Shown here: positions 39,318-49,276 of the stretch, in pieces
Position numbering within the stretch: the stretch's first letter is position 1
Layout of the letters: every line of letters begins with the position of its first letter
NCBI GenBank assembly: GCA_965215565.1
Contig: CBDCDZ010000004.1
Coordinates: 128,001 to 192,000 of the forward strand
DNA length: 64,000 bases
Source: Trueperaceae bacterium
GTDB taxonomy: Bacteria > Deinococcota > Deinococci > Deinococcales > Trueperaceae
Direction: 5' to 3'
Position numbers and translations under genes: made by a program
The notes under the pieces: generated by a model
Databases searched by the model: none
Told to the model about the DNA's origin: nothing
What the model saw: only the letters and a program-made list of their open reading frames with translations

Positions 39318-39578
39318 TATAGCAAGTATCATTTGGTTTGAGTGAACGAAGTTATGCGAAGAGACGCTCTCACGATGTAGAACACCGTTGCCTAACGGCA
39401 AACTACGTCATTCGCTTTGCGAAAACTTCGTCCCTACGGGCTTTCAGAAAGCAGCACGCACATTTGAGAATGAAATCCCGCTCTCAGGCGAAGCCGTCCC
39501 GCTAGGCTTTGCCTGAGAGCGGGATGGCTGCGGCTGAGACTTGCGCTATTCCAATCAGTACTTATGTCAATTGCTATA
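39318..39578 (+). mobile_element. Family A MITE-like repeat, expanded copy (GCAAG subtype) with nested hairpins
   Basis: tatagcaagtatcatttgg...cagcacgcac...tcagtacttatgtcaattgctata. Confidence 0.85.
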
Positions 39579-39739
39579 CATACACAGCCGTGAAAATGTC
39601 TGTTACAGTTTGTTTCGAGAGAAGTTCTGTGGATCGCATAACCGTGAGCTTCTCTCTTCTTTACCTCTTTGCCAACTAGCAGTCGAGGTACGTAGTGCCA
39701 AACTTAAAGTGTAGAACCTTTACTTTGAGAGAGGATGCG

Positions 39740-39922
39740 ATGACTCAAAAAGCGATACAAGAACTCGAGTCCTTACCCGAAGAGCTTTTGGATGAGGTGC
39801 TGGATTTTGCCCGCTATCTAAAAGCTAGACGTGCCCGTACAAATGACGCCCTCCTTAGTGAGGCAGCGCTGGCGCGTGAATGGAACACCCCTGAAGAGGA
39901 CGAGGTTTGGCAGAATTTGTAG
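39740..39922 (+). CDS. DUF2281-like putative antitoxin
   Basis: ELESLPEELLDEVLDFARYLK...LLSEAALAREWNTPEEDEVWQNL. Confidence 0.75.
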   Translation: MTQKAIQELESLPEELLDEVLDFARYLKARRARTNDALLSEAALAREWNTPEEDEVWQNL

Positions 39923-40136
39923 CCGAAGTTTGACGACGCCCAGCCTTATCGAAACGGTGAAGTAAAGCGTGAAGAAGAGGTTGAGGAAGGGCTCGAGGCA
40001 AGACTAGTTCACTTCACATAGGTATCAGGTTAAACGCTCGGCGTGTTTGAATATGCAGGTTCGTTATGCGCAAATTATCCGAGCGCAGGAGCAAACCCGT
40101 AGTGGACGGTAGTGTCCAGCGACATTATTGGGTTCT

Positions 40137-40844
40137 CTAGTGTCGATCTAGCTTCATCACGCTCTCGATCTTCTCGAGATGTGCAGCCTCAACCTCTGCC
40201 CATTTATCTTCGTTTTCTCCACCTTCACGTAACGCTTTTGCGTTCCAGCCTGTCGGTGCTAAATCGTCGATGAAGATGATCAGGAGTTCTTTACGGTTTG
40301 CAGCGTCAGGAACGTGAACAAGTCTTGCGTAAGTATACTCGTCAGGGTATCTGTAACCCTCGTCGGCGAGAAACTGACGCACGAGATAACCATCTGTTCC
40401 GGGTTGATCAAACTGAAATCTTCCGAGAGCAACTCCAGCCGCAGTATCTGTGTAGAAACCAAAGTCCCCTATCTGCACGCGGAGCGGAGAATCTGTGTAG
40501 TCATAGGCGTAATCGTTGTCCGGTAAGAAACCTTCGAATTGCAGCCAAAAGAAGCTTTTCAGCGTTCCGTCCGGGTGTTCTTCAACAAAAAAATGCTGTT
40601 CGACCTCGGCAGTGCCGTAAAGCGTAAAGGTCTGACCGCCAAGGTAGGTGTAGTTTTCACTAAAAGTCATGAGCACGGCAGGGTCAGCGGTGGACGAGAG
40701 GACGTTACCCAGAACGCTTCTTCTCAATCCGGAAAATTCAGGTTGCGTCGTTAGTCTAGCGGGGTCCGTCAGGTAAAAATAGGTAACAGCGGCACTGAGA
40801 ACGGTGAGAACAGCGCCGATCACGAACCAGATGATTTTCTTCAT
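40137..40844 (-). CDS. Hypothetical protein with an N-terminal membrane anchor
   Basis: 235-aa ORF with an N-terminal hydrophobic helix; no recognised family. Confidence 0.7.
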   Translation of the reverse strand: MKKIIWFVIGAVLTVLSAAVTYFYLTDPARLTTQPEFSGLRRSVLGNVLSSTADPAVLMTFSENYTYLGGQTFTLYGTAEVEQHFFVEEHPDGTLKSFFWLQFEGFLPDNDYAYDYTDSPLRVQIGDFGFYTDTAAGVALGRFQFDQPGTDGYLVRQFLADEGYRYPDEYTYARLVHVPDAANRKELLIIFIDDLAPTGWNAKALREGGENEDKWAEVEAAHLEKIESVMKLDRH

Positions 40845-40938
40845 GTCCAGTCATCCTAACGGGCTCATAATTTCCGTGCGAGCTCCGAACCGCACCTCTC
40901 ACAACTCGGTCAAGACGTTGCTACACTTTTTAGAAACG

Positions 40939-41733
40939 CTAATCCACCGCATCCAAAAACATCCCCATCGCATGATAGCCCGCATCCACATAGATGGTCT
41001 CACCCGTAATCCCACTGCCCAAATCATCCGAAACGAGCGACAGCGCCAACCCCGCCACCTCATCTTGGGTGATGTTGCGCTTCAGCATCGAGAGCTTGCC
41101 TGCCACCGAATACATATCGCCAAAGCCCGAAATGCTCCGCGCCGCCACGGTGCGAAGAGGTCCCGCGCTAATCGCGTTCACGCGGACGCCTTGCTCGCCT
41201 AAGTCGTAGGCGAGAAAGCGGACGCTCGCTTCTAACGCCGCTTTCGCTACGCCCATCATGTTGTAGTGCGGCACGACACGCTCGGCTGCCAAGTAGGTCA
41301 TGGCGAGGATGCTGCCGCCGTCCGTCATAAGAGGTTGGGCGCGTTTTGCCATCGCCACGAGCGAGTACGCGGACACGTCCATCGCCGTTTTCCAGTCCTC
41401 ACGGCTTACCTGATAGAAAGGTTTCTCGAAGGTTTCGGGAGGTGCGAAGGCGACCGAGTGGATGATGAAGTCGAGCGTGCCGAATTCGTCTTTTACGGCG
41501 GCGAAGACTTTATCCAAGTCGGCGTCTTGGGTGACGTCGCACTCGAGTAGCACCGTTTCATCCATCTCCGCCGTGAGCTTCTCCAAAGTCCCTCTAAGCC
41601 GCTCCGCCTGATACCCAAAGGCGAGCCGCGCCCCCGCTGCTGAAAGCTTTTGCGCGATGGGCCAGCCGATAGAGCGCTGATTGGTGACGCCGAAAACGAG
41701 TCCTTTTTTGCCTGAGAGGTCGATTGTGTACAT
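40939..41733 (-). CDS. fabI: Enoyl-ACP reductase
   Basis: GVTNQRSIG, HSVAFAP, YNMMGVAKAALE, NAISAGPLRT. Confidence 0.93.
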   Translation of the reverse strand: MYTIDLSGKKGLVFGVTNQRSIGWPIAQKLSAAGARLAFGYQAERLRGTLEKLTAEMDETVLLECDVTQDADLDKVFAAVKDEFGTLDFIIHSVAFAPPETFEKPFYQVSREDWKTAMDVSAYSLVAMAKRAQPLMTDGGSILAMTYLAAERVVPHYNMMGVAKAALEASVRFLAYDLGEQGVRVNAISAGPLRTVAARSISGFGDMYSVAGKLSMLKRNITQDEVAGLALSLVSDDLGSGITGETIYVDAGYHAMGMFLDAVD

Positions 41734-41769
41734 GGAAGACAACTTAACATGTGGCTTGGGAAAGAGGTG

Positions 41770-42738
41770 CTAGCGCAGCCCAAACACCCGCGCGACCAAG
41801 GGCACGTCGCCTAGATGAAAGGTGTGCGTGGTGAAGATGTGCATCCAGGCGTTGCCGAGCGCGAGCGTCGAGACGCCTTTGATAACGCCCCAGAAGAGGT
41901 CGCCTGCCAAGAGCCAGGTGAGCGACAAGCCGACATCGGGTGCGCTGGTCCACTCGAGGAAGTATTCGTTGAGGTTGAAGAGCATATAGGCGACGCCAGC
42001 GAGCACCGCGCCTGTCACCCAGGAGCGGGCAAGAAACGCGAGGCGTGGAGCCAGCAGTGCTTGGGTAAAGACTGCAACAGGGACGAGCGTGCCGAGACCG
42101 TAGATGAGTAGGGTTAAGGCGTGTCCCAGCACGGACGTAGACCAAAATGCGTCAGTCGCAAAAGGTAGAACGCCGATTACACCTACTACCACGGCGAAGG
42201 GGACGAACACACGCGGTTTAGGGAAACCCAGGAGAAGCTGCGCCGCGCTGTACCCGCGTACACCCATGAAGAAGGCGAGGGGAAGCGCGGTGAAGACCAG
42301 GAAGTTGTAGCCGACCCAGACCAGCGACGACCCTACCGGACTGAGCCCTAAAATGTCCTGCGTGCCGTCCGCAAATGCCCCGAAGTGGATGTGAGTGTGA
42401 ATGTTGAGCGTGAGCCCGATACCCATCGCTACAGCCATGTACGCAACGAGCCAAACCGTTTCCAAAAGCGCCCGCGTGCGCGTTAAGCCGAGGTCGTAAG
42501 TGTGATCCACCGGCTTGAGTCCTGCTCTGCGGGCGAGAAAGAGCATAAGGGCGATGAAGGGCAAAACGGCAACCTGACCGAGCAGATAAGGAAGGGGCTC
42601 CTGGTTGCCGTAGCGCAACCAGGAGAGGTCGGCGAAGAAGATCAGATAGGTGATAGCGGCGAGCCAAACTAGTGCGACGCCAACGAGGTAGGGATTGAGA
42701 CGCACTTGAGGGCGGGGTGCAGGTAGGGACGTCGACAT
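41770..42738 (-). CDS. Multi-pass membrane hypothetical protein (possibly Abi/CPBP-like)
   Basis: About 8 TM segments; C-terminal GNAWMHIFTTH. Confidence 0.7.
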   Translation of the reverse strand: MSTSLPAPRPQVRLNPYLVGVALVWLAAITYLIFFADLSWLRYGNQEPLPYLLGQVAVLPFIALMLFLARRAGLKPVDHTYDLGLTRTRALLETVWLVAYMAVAMGIGLTLNIHTHIHFGAFADGTQDILGLSPVGSSLVWVGYNFLVFTALPLAFFMGVRGYSAAQLLLGFPKPRVFVPFAVVVGVIGVLPFATDAFWSTSVLGHALTLLIYGLGTLVPVAVFTQALLAPRLAFLARSWVTGAVLAGVAYMLFNLNEYFLEWTSAPDVGLSLTWLLAGDLFWGVIKGVSTLALGNAWMHIFTTHTFHLGDVPLVARVFGLR

Positions 42739-42756
42739 CGTGACCTCTTTTCAAAA

Positions 42757-42787
42757 CTACCAGTGGTTAAATATTTACCAATGGTAG
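42757..42787. promoter_or_regulatory. Putative TetR operator (two TACCANTGGT units forming one palindrome)
   Basis: ctaccagtggttaaatatttaccaatggtag in the 69-bp divergent intergenic region. Confidence 0.6.
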
Positions 42788-42807
42788 GATAAGGTAAAAT
42801 CTTACCG

Positions 42808-43440
42808 ATGTCAAGTTCGAATGCGCAGACTGCCAAGCGGGACGGCTACCATCACGGCGACTTGCGGCGTGTGCTTGTCGAGACGGCTCGAGCTGCGCTT
42901 ATAGAGGGTACTGGCACGCTCTCCTTGCGGGCCGTCGCTAGACGGGCGGGCGTGAGCCACGCTTCGGCGTACTACCACTTCAAGGACAAGACGGCGCTCC
43001 TCGCGGCGGTTGCGGTAAGCGCCTTTGCAGACCTCACGGCGGCGACCGAAGAGGCGTACAACCGGGAAGATAGGTCGGCGTTGGAGCGTTTGGAGGTTCT
43101 TGCGCAGGCGTACGTACGCTTCGCGCTCGAGCACCCTCAGGAGTTTCGCTTGATGTTCTTGCCCGAACTGCGCAGCGACGCCGTGCGTACTGAGGTCGAG
43201 CGGGCTGGACGTGCAGGGTATGAGCGTATGGTCGCGCTCGTGACGCAGTTGCAGGTGGAGGGGCGTGTCGCTGAGGGAGACCCAGAAGAGGTAGCGATCA
43301 GCGCTTGGGCCGTGATGCACGGCTTGGCGACCTTGATGATCGACGGACCGCTCTACCGCAACACTCGCACGGCAAAAGGGCGCGAAACGCTCGTTTCAAA
43401 CGCAGTTGAGCATTTGCTGTTTGGAGTGCTCACGAAATAG
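42808..43440 (+). CDS. TetR family transcriptional regulator (WHG-type C-terminus)
   Basis: YHHGDLR, LSLRAVARRAGVSHASAYYHF, WAVMHGLA. Confidence 0.92.
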   Translation: MSSSNAQTAKRDGYHHGDLRRVLVETARAALIEGTGTLSLRAVARRAGVSHASAYYHFKDKTALLAAVAVSAFADLTAATEEAYNREDRSALERLEVLAQAYVRFALEHPQEFRLMFLPELRSDAVRTEVERAGRAGYERMVALVTQLQVEGRVAEGDPEEVAISAWAVMHGLATLMIDGPLYRNTRTAKGRETLVSNAVEHLLFGVLTK

Positions 43441-43555
43441 CCCTTCATAACGCCCTGTATCAGCTTTGTTAAGTTCATTACACCCGCAGATACCTCCCCA
43501 AGTTTCCGCACCACCCCCTTTTCTTCCCATGACGCATTGTGGTTATAGTTGACGC

Positions 43556-45586
43556 ATGACAGTAACAGAACCTAAAACAAAGAAAGCGAAAGCTACAACG
43601 AAATCTGATTTACCTGAAAACTTACCCAAGAAGTGGTCCAGAGCGGTCATCTTGCGTGTTCAGCCCGAGATTGACGGCGGACGTTTTCCCATCAAGCGTG
43701 TCGCGGGCGAAGCCGTCACCGTGACTTCCAACCTCGTCGGCGACGGTCACGACGTGATGGGCGCGGAGCTTGTTTATGGTCCGCAAAACGGGCGAGAAGA
43801 GACGACCCGGATGCGCTTCGAAGGGAACGATACGTATACGGGTACGTTTCACGTTGGCGACCCCGGCATGTGGGTCTACCGCGTGCGGGCGTGGGTGGAC
43901 GAGTTCGGGACGTGGCTAGCACTCTTCCGCCGCCGCGTTGAGGGGGGCAGCCCTGAGTGGGAGATCGAGAGCGAGCTTAAAGATGGCGCGTCCTTGTTAG
44001 AGAAGTGCGCCAAAAAAGCCAAAGGTGACGACAAAAAGCGGCTCAAGTCGTATATCAAAGCGTTCGGATCGGGGGACGCTGAGGCGGCGTTGCAGCGAGA
44101 GGTCAAAGAGCTTGCGGCGCAGTATGACTCCCGCGAAGGAGCCGAAGACGGGCGCACTTTGGAGATACACGTGGAGCGTAAGCTCGCGCAGTTCAGCGCC
44201 TGGTACGAGTTCTTCCCGCGTTCGGTGGGCAAGCCGGGCGAGCACGGTACGCTGGACGACGCAGCGGAGATGCTGGACTATGTCAAAGAGATGCACTTCG
44301 ATATCGTCTATCTGCCGCCGATTTACCCTATCGGTAAAAGCCACCGCAAAGGGAAGAACAACGCCCAAGAAGCCGAAGCGGGCGACGTGGGTAGTCCCTG
44401 GGCCATCGGCAACGAGGACGGCGGACACAAGACCGTCGAGCCGATGTTGGGCGGGATGGAAGCGTTTGAGCGCTTTATGAAGCGGGCACAGGAACTAGGG
44501 CTAGAGGTCGCCCTAGACCTCGCCTATCAGTGCTCGCCCGACCACCCCTACGTCAAAGAGCACCCCGAGTGGTTCCGCCAGCGCCCCGACGGTTCGATTC
44601 GCTACGCGGAGAACCCACCCAAGAAGTATCAGGACATCTACAACGTGGACTTCGAGTGTGAGGATTGGAAAGGGTTGTGGTTGGAACTCCGAGGTGTCGT
44701 CGAGTTTTGGGCAGAGCGAGGCGTACGCACCTTCCGTGTGGACAACCCGCACACCAAAGCGCTGCCCTTCTGGGAGTGGTGCTTTAGCACGCTCCGCGAG
44801 AAGTACCCCGACCTTATCTTTTTAGCCGAAGCCTTTACGCGCCCTCACCAGATGTACGCGCTTGCCAAACTCGGCTTTAGCCAGTCGTACACGTACTTCA
44901 CCTGGCGCTATAACAAGAGTGACTTTGAACAGTATTTGGGCGAACTCTTCCAGAGCGAAGTCGTGGATTTCTACCGTCCGTCGTTCTGGCCTAACACGCC
45001 CGATATTCTCCCGCCCTACTTGCGCACGCGCCCCGTCTTCCAAGCGCGGCTCGTCATGGCGGCGATGATGTCGTCCTCTTACGGGATTTACGGTCCGGTC
45101 TTTGAGTTGCTCGAGAACGAACCCCATCCGGCCAGGGAAGAATATTTAGGCAGCGAGAAGTACGAAATCCACAACTGGAACTTGGACGATCCCAAATCGC
45201 TCAAGCCCCTCATGACCCGCATCAACGAGATTCGCCACGCCAACCCCGCGCTGCATAACAACCGCTCCTTGAAGTTTCACTACGTGGACAACGACCAGCT
45301 TCTAGCCTTTTCCAAACAAGAGGGCGACAACCGTATCTTAGTCGTTGTCAACTTCGATGCGAACTACGCGCAGACGGGTTTCGTCCACCTCGACTTAGGC
45401 GCGTTGGGACTCTCGGACGGCGCGTATCACTTGGAAGACTTGGTCATCGGCGAGCGCTACACCTGGGAAGGCTCGCGCAACTTCATCCGCTTAGACCCGC
45501 ACTACTTCCCCGCCCACATTCTCAAAATCACGCCTGAGCGCCGCGAGCAGAGCTTTGACTCGTACATGGCGCAACAGAGTGTATAG
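43556..45586 (+). CDS. glgE: Alpha-1,4-glucan:maltose-1-phosphate maltosyltransferase
   Basis: WYEFFPRS, GKNN, YAENPPKKYQDIY, FRVDNPHTK, LAEAFT, NTPDIL. Confidence 0.95.
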   Translation: MTVTEPKTKKAKATTKSDLPENLPKKWSRAVILRVQPEIDGGRFPIKRVAGEAVTVTSNLVGDGHDVMGAELVYGPQNGREETTRMRFEGNDTYTGTFHVGDPGMWVYRVRAWVDEFGTWLALFRRRVEGGSPEWEIESELKDGASLLEKCAKKAKGDDKKRLKSYIKAFGSGDAEAALQREVKELAAQYDSREGAEDGRTLEIHVERKLAQFSAWYEFFPRSVGKPGEHGTLDDAAEMLDYVKEMHFDIVYLPPIYPIGKSHRKGKNNAQEAEAGDVGSPWAIGNEDGGHKTVEPMLGGMEAFERFMKRAQELGLEVALDLAYQCSPDHPYVKEHPEWFRQRPDGSIRYAENPPKKYQDIYNVDFECEDWKGLWLELRGVVEFWAERGVRTFRVDNPHTKALPFWEWCFSTLREKYPDLIFLAEAFTRPHQMYALAKLGFSQSYTYFTWRYNKSDFEQYLGELFQSEVVDFYRPSFWPNTPDILPPYLRTRPVFQARLVMAAMMSSSYGIYGPVFELLENEPHPAREEYLGSEKYEIHNWNLDDPKSLKPLMTRINEIRHANPALHNNRSLKFHYVDNDQLLAFSKQEGDNRILVVVNFDANYAQTGFVHLDLGALGLSDGAYHLEDLVIGERYTWEGSRNFIRLDPHYFPAHILKITPERREQSFDSYMAQQSV

Positions 45587-45815
45587 GGGGGCGCGTGTAG
45601 GGTAAGAAACTCCACATTGACGTGTGCGCCTTTCCCGATAAGGTGAAGGCGCACGTTATGTTGTATGTTGGGCAATTGTGCGCTCTGTCAGATATTTCTC
45701 GGGTGCTATAGCGCAAAATTTACGAAGTACACTTAAAGCATATTTAGAGAACGATTCAAGCAACGCTTCACCGAAAAGAAGCCATGAGTAGAAGATAGAT
45801 ATAGAAGAGGTGACG

Positions 45816-48800
45816 ATGGACTCTCAAACGGTAGAACAGCCAAAAACAAAGACGAGCAGGCTCAATGACGACCCCCTGTGGTACAAGGACGCGGTGGTCT
45901 ACGAGCTGCATGTTCGCTCATTTTACGACTCAAACGGCGACGGTTACGGCGACTTCGAGGGCTTGCGGCAGAAACTCCCTTACTTAGAGGAGCTGGGCGT
46001 CAACACGCTCTGGCTCTTGCCCTTTTACGATTCCCCCTTGCGCGACGACGGCTACGACATCGCGGACTACAAGGGGATTTTGCCCGTCCACGGTAATTTA
46101 GACGACTTCAAGAGGTTTTTAGACGAAGCGCACGAGCGCGGGATGCGCGTCATCACCGAACTCGTTTTGAACCACACCAGCGACCAGCACCCCTGGTTTC
46201 AAGAGGCGCGGCAGCCGAACTCGCCCAAGCGCGACTGGTACGTCTGGAGCGAAACATCCGAGAAGTATAAAGACGTGCGCATCATCTTCACCGACACCGA
46301 GCACTCCAACTGGACCTGGGACCCGGTGGCGGGCGCGTACTATTGGCACAGGTTCTTTAGCCATCAGCCCGACCTCAATTGGGATAACCCCGAAGTCGAA
46401 AAGGCGCTCCACGAGGCGATGTTCTATTGGCTCGATATGGGTGTGGATGGGCTGCGCTTAGACGCGGTGCCCTACCTCTACGAGCGCGAAGGAACCTCGA
46501 GCGAGAACCTCCCCGAAACCTTAGACGCTATTAAACGCCTCCGCAAAGTCATCGAAGACCGCTACGGTCCCGGACGCATCCTCTTAGCCGAGGCGAACCA
46601 GTGGCCCGAGGACACGCTGCCGTATTTTGGTGATGAGGGCGAAGGCGTGCAGATGGCGTTCAACTTTCCGCTGATGCCCCGGATGTACTTGGCGCTCCGC
46701 CGCGAGAACCGTCAGCCGATTGTGGAAATGCTTAACCTGACCGAAGACATACCCGAGGACGCGCAGTGGGCGCTCTTTTTGCGCAACCACGACGAGTTGA
46801 CGTTGGAAATGGTCACGGACGAAGAGCGCGACTACATGTATAACGAGTACGCGATGGACCGGCAGTTCCGCATCAATGTAGGGATTCGCCGCCGCTTAGC
46901 GCCCCTTTTAGGGAATGAGCGCCGCCGCATCGAACTGATGAACGCGCTGGTTCTCTCTCTCAAGGGCAGCCCGATTCTCTACTACGGCGACGAAATCGGC
47001 ATGGGCGATAACGTCTTTTTGGGAGACCGCAACGGAGTACGCACGCCGATGCAGTGGAGCCCAGACCGCAACGCGGGCTTTTCCAAAGCGCCCTTTCACC
47101 AGCTCTTTTTACCGCCCGTCAACGAAGGCGGCTACGGCTATCAGTTCGTAAACGTCGAGGAGTCGCAGAAGAGTGCGCACTCGCTGTACAACTTCACGCG
47201 CCGTATCTTGGGCGTGCGTCATCAGCACGCGAAGACCTTTGGGCGCGGCGAGCAGACGATTTTAGAGGTTGAGAATCAGCGGGTGTTTGCCTTTACCCGC
47301 CAATTTGAAGGTGAGACCGTGCTGGTGGTTGCGAACCTCTCGAGGTTTGCCCAAGCCGCGACGCTGCCGCTACGAAACTTTGCGGGTCAATATCCCGTCG
47401 AACTCTTTTCGCAGATGCCCTTTCCGCAGATTGGCGAGCATGAGTATCCGCTTGCCATAGGACCGCACGGGTTTTACTGGTTCGTCTTGCGCAGTGAAGA
47501 GGAAGCTGTTGCCGTTCCGCCTGAGCTTAGCGAGGTGGAGGAGAAGCTCGAGCGCACCCTCCCCACGATTGGCGTCTCCGGCGGTCTGGAGACCCTCCTT
47601 ATCGACACGATGGTGCAGGGTAAAGCGCGGCGTCAGTTGGAAGAAGTGTTGCCCGAATACCTGGGCATTCAGCGCTGGTTCGGTGCCAAAGAACGCGGCA
47701 TCAAAATGGCGCGGCTCGTGGACGCAGTGCGGTTACAGTCGCAGCCGCAGGCGTACCTCGCGCTGGTGCGCGTGGAATTCGCGGATGGGGGGCTAGGGCG
47801 CTACTTCTTACCGCTGACCTCCATCTCTGCAACGGACGCACCTAAGCTCACCGAAGAACACCCGAGGGCGGCCCTCGCCTGGCTCACTGAATCTACGGGG
47901 CGCACCCTGCTCTATGACGCCACGGCGGACGAAAATTTCTGGTTAGCGCTCTATCAGGCGGCGCGGCGCGAGTGGAAAGGCCGTTCCTTAAAAGGGCTCT
48001 ACAGCGCGAAGGCGACGAAAGGAACCGCACTGCCCGAAGTGGACGACACCAGCGAGGTGCACGTTTTAGGCGTCGAGCAGAGCAACTCGTCGGCGACCTT
48101 TGACGCGTCTGTCTTCGTCAAGCTCTACCGCAAGTTCGGCGAAGAGACCAACCCCGAAGCGGAGATGCTCTCCTACTTGACGCAAGCGGGTTTCCCCTTC
48201 GTCCCGCAGATACGCGGCGATGTGAGGTTTAAGCGCGGCGAGTTGGAGCTGACCTTGGGGATTTTCCAGACGTATCTACCCGGCGATAGGGACGCTTGGG
48301 GCTACGCTTTAGAGGAGGGACGGCGCTTTTTAGACCGCGTCGCGGAGACCTCACCTCCGGCGAATGCGCTGCCTCAAAGTTTTGACGACACGGTTCCGGT
48401 CTGGCTCGAGGACGCCGCTGGCGAAACCCTGCAACTCGCCGCCCTTCTAGGTGTACGCACCGCCGAGATGCACGCCACGCTTGCCAAAGCCGAAGCGAGC
48501 GCCTTGAAGCCCGAGCCAACCAGCGGTGAGGAGCTTGCAGCGTTCGTCTCACGTGTCCGCAGCGAAGCCGAGGAGACCTGGAGGATGCTCAATGCACAAG
48601 AAGGTGGGCAAGGCAAGGAGATGGACAGCGAAGCCCTCGGCGCAGGCTTAGACCGCTTAGATGCCCTCGCCAACGCTGAAGCCGATTGGCATAAAATTCG
48701 CGTTCACGGCGACTATCACCTCGGTCAAGTGATGCAAGCGGGCGGTGAGTTGTACCTCTTAGACTTTGAAGGCGAACCTGCCCGGACGCTCAAAGAGCGT

Positions 48801-49166
48801 CGGCAGAAAGACCAAGCGATTAGAGATGTTGCAGGGATGCTCCGCTCGTTGGAGTACGCGGGGCTCGTTACTTTGGAAAGCTATCCAGGACGCGAACAGA
48901 ACGGCAGCTTAGCACGAGATTTGACACTGTGGACGGACATTCTCATCCGCTGGAGCGAAGCCGTATTCTTAGAGGCGTACTTTTCCACTGCAGGCGAAGA
49001 CGCTATCTTCACGCCCAAAGATATGAAGACACGTGACCTGCTCCTCTGGGCGTATCAACTCGACAAAGTGCTTTACGAGGTGCGCTACGAGTTGGGGCAT
49101 CGCCCCGATTGGGTCTGGTTGCCACTGCGCGGGCTCAGCAGGTTGCTCGGTACGCAAGCGGCGTAA
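45816..49166 (+). CDS. treS: Trehalose synthase-maltokinase fusion (TreS-Mak/Pep2)
   Basis: WYKDAV, RLDAVPY, AEANQW, RNHDELT; C-terminal EQSNSS, HGDYHLGQV, DFEGEP. Confidence 0.93.
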   Translation: MDSQTVEQPKTKTSRLNDDPLWYKDAVVYELHVRSFYDSNGDGYGDFEGLRQKLPYLEELGVNTLWLLPFYDSPLRDDGYDIADYKGILPVHGNLDDFKRFLDEAHERGMRVITELVLNHTSDQHPWFQEARQPNSPKRDWYVWSETSEKYKDVRIIFTDTEHSNWTWDPVAGAYYWHRFFSHQPDLNWDNPEVEKALHEAMFYWLDMGVDGLRLDAVPYLYEREGTSSENLPETLDAIKRLRKVIEDRYGPGRILLAEANQWPEDTLPYFGDEGEGVQMAFNFPLMPRMYLALRRENRQPIVEMLNLTEDIPEDAQWALFLRNHDELTLEMVTDEERDYMYNEYAMDRQFRINVGIRRRLAPLLGNERRRIELMNALVLSLKGSPILYYGDEIGMGDNVFLGDRNGVRTPMQWSPDRNAGFSKAPFHQLFLPPVNEGGYGYQFVNVEESQKSAHSLYNFTRRILGVRHQHAKTFGRGEQTILEVENQRVFAFTRQFEGETVLVVANLSRFAQAATLPLRNFAGQYPVELFSQMPFPQIGEHEYPLAIGPHGFYWFVLRSEEEAVAVPPELSEVEEKLERTLPTIGVSGGLETLLIDTMVQGKARRQLEEVLPEYLGIQRWFGAKERGIKMARLVDAVRLQSQPQAYLALVRVEFADGGLGRYFLPLTSISATDAPKLTEEHPRAALAWLTESTGRTLLYDATADENFWLALYQAARREWKGRSLKGLYSAKATKGTALPEVDDTSEVHVLGVEQSNSSATFDASVFVKLYRKFGEETNPEAEMLSYLTQAGFPFVPQIRGDVRFKRGELELTLGIFQTYLPGDRDAWGYALEEGRRFLDRVAETSPPANALPQSFDDTVPVWLEDAAGETLQLAALLGVRTAEMHATLAKAEASALKPEPTSGEELAAFVSRVRSEAEETWRMLNAQEGGQGKEMDSEALGAGLDRLDALANAEADWHKIRVHGDYHLGQVMQAGGELYLLDFEGEPARTLKERRQKDQAIRDVAGMLRSLEYAGLVTLESYPGREQNGSLARDLTLWTDILIRWSEAVFLEAYFSTAGEDAIFTPKDMKTRDLLLWAYQLDKVLYEVRYELGHRPDWVWLPLRGLSRLLGTQAA

Positions 49167-49182
49167 CGTTTAGTAAGACATT

Positions 49183-49218
49183 AAGGACTGAGGTTGAAAC
49201 TAACCTCAGTCTTTTTTT
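49183..49218 (+). terminator. Intrinsic terminator after treS-mak
   Basis: gactgaggtt-loop-aacctcagtc followed by a T-run. Confidence 0.8.
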
Positions 49219-49276
49219 GATTGGATTTGGGGGCTAGAAAACGACGTTGAAAGGACGTTTAGATGTGCTTTTATAT

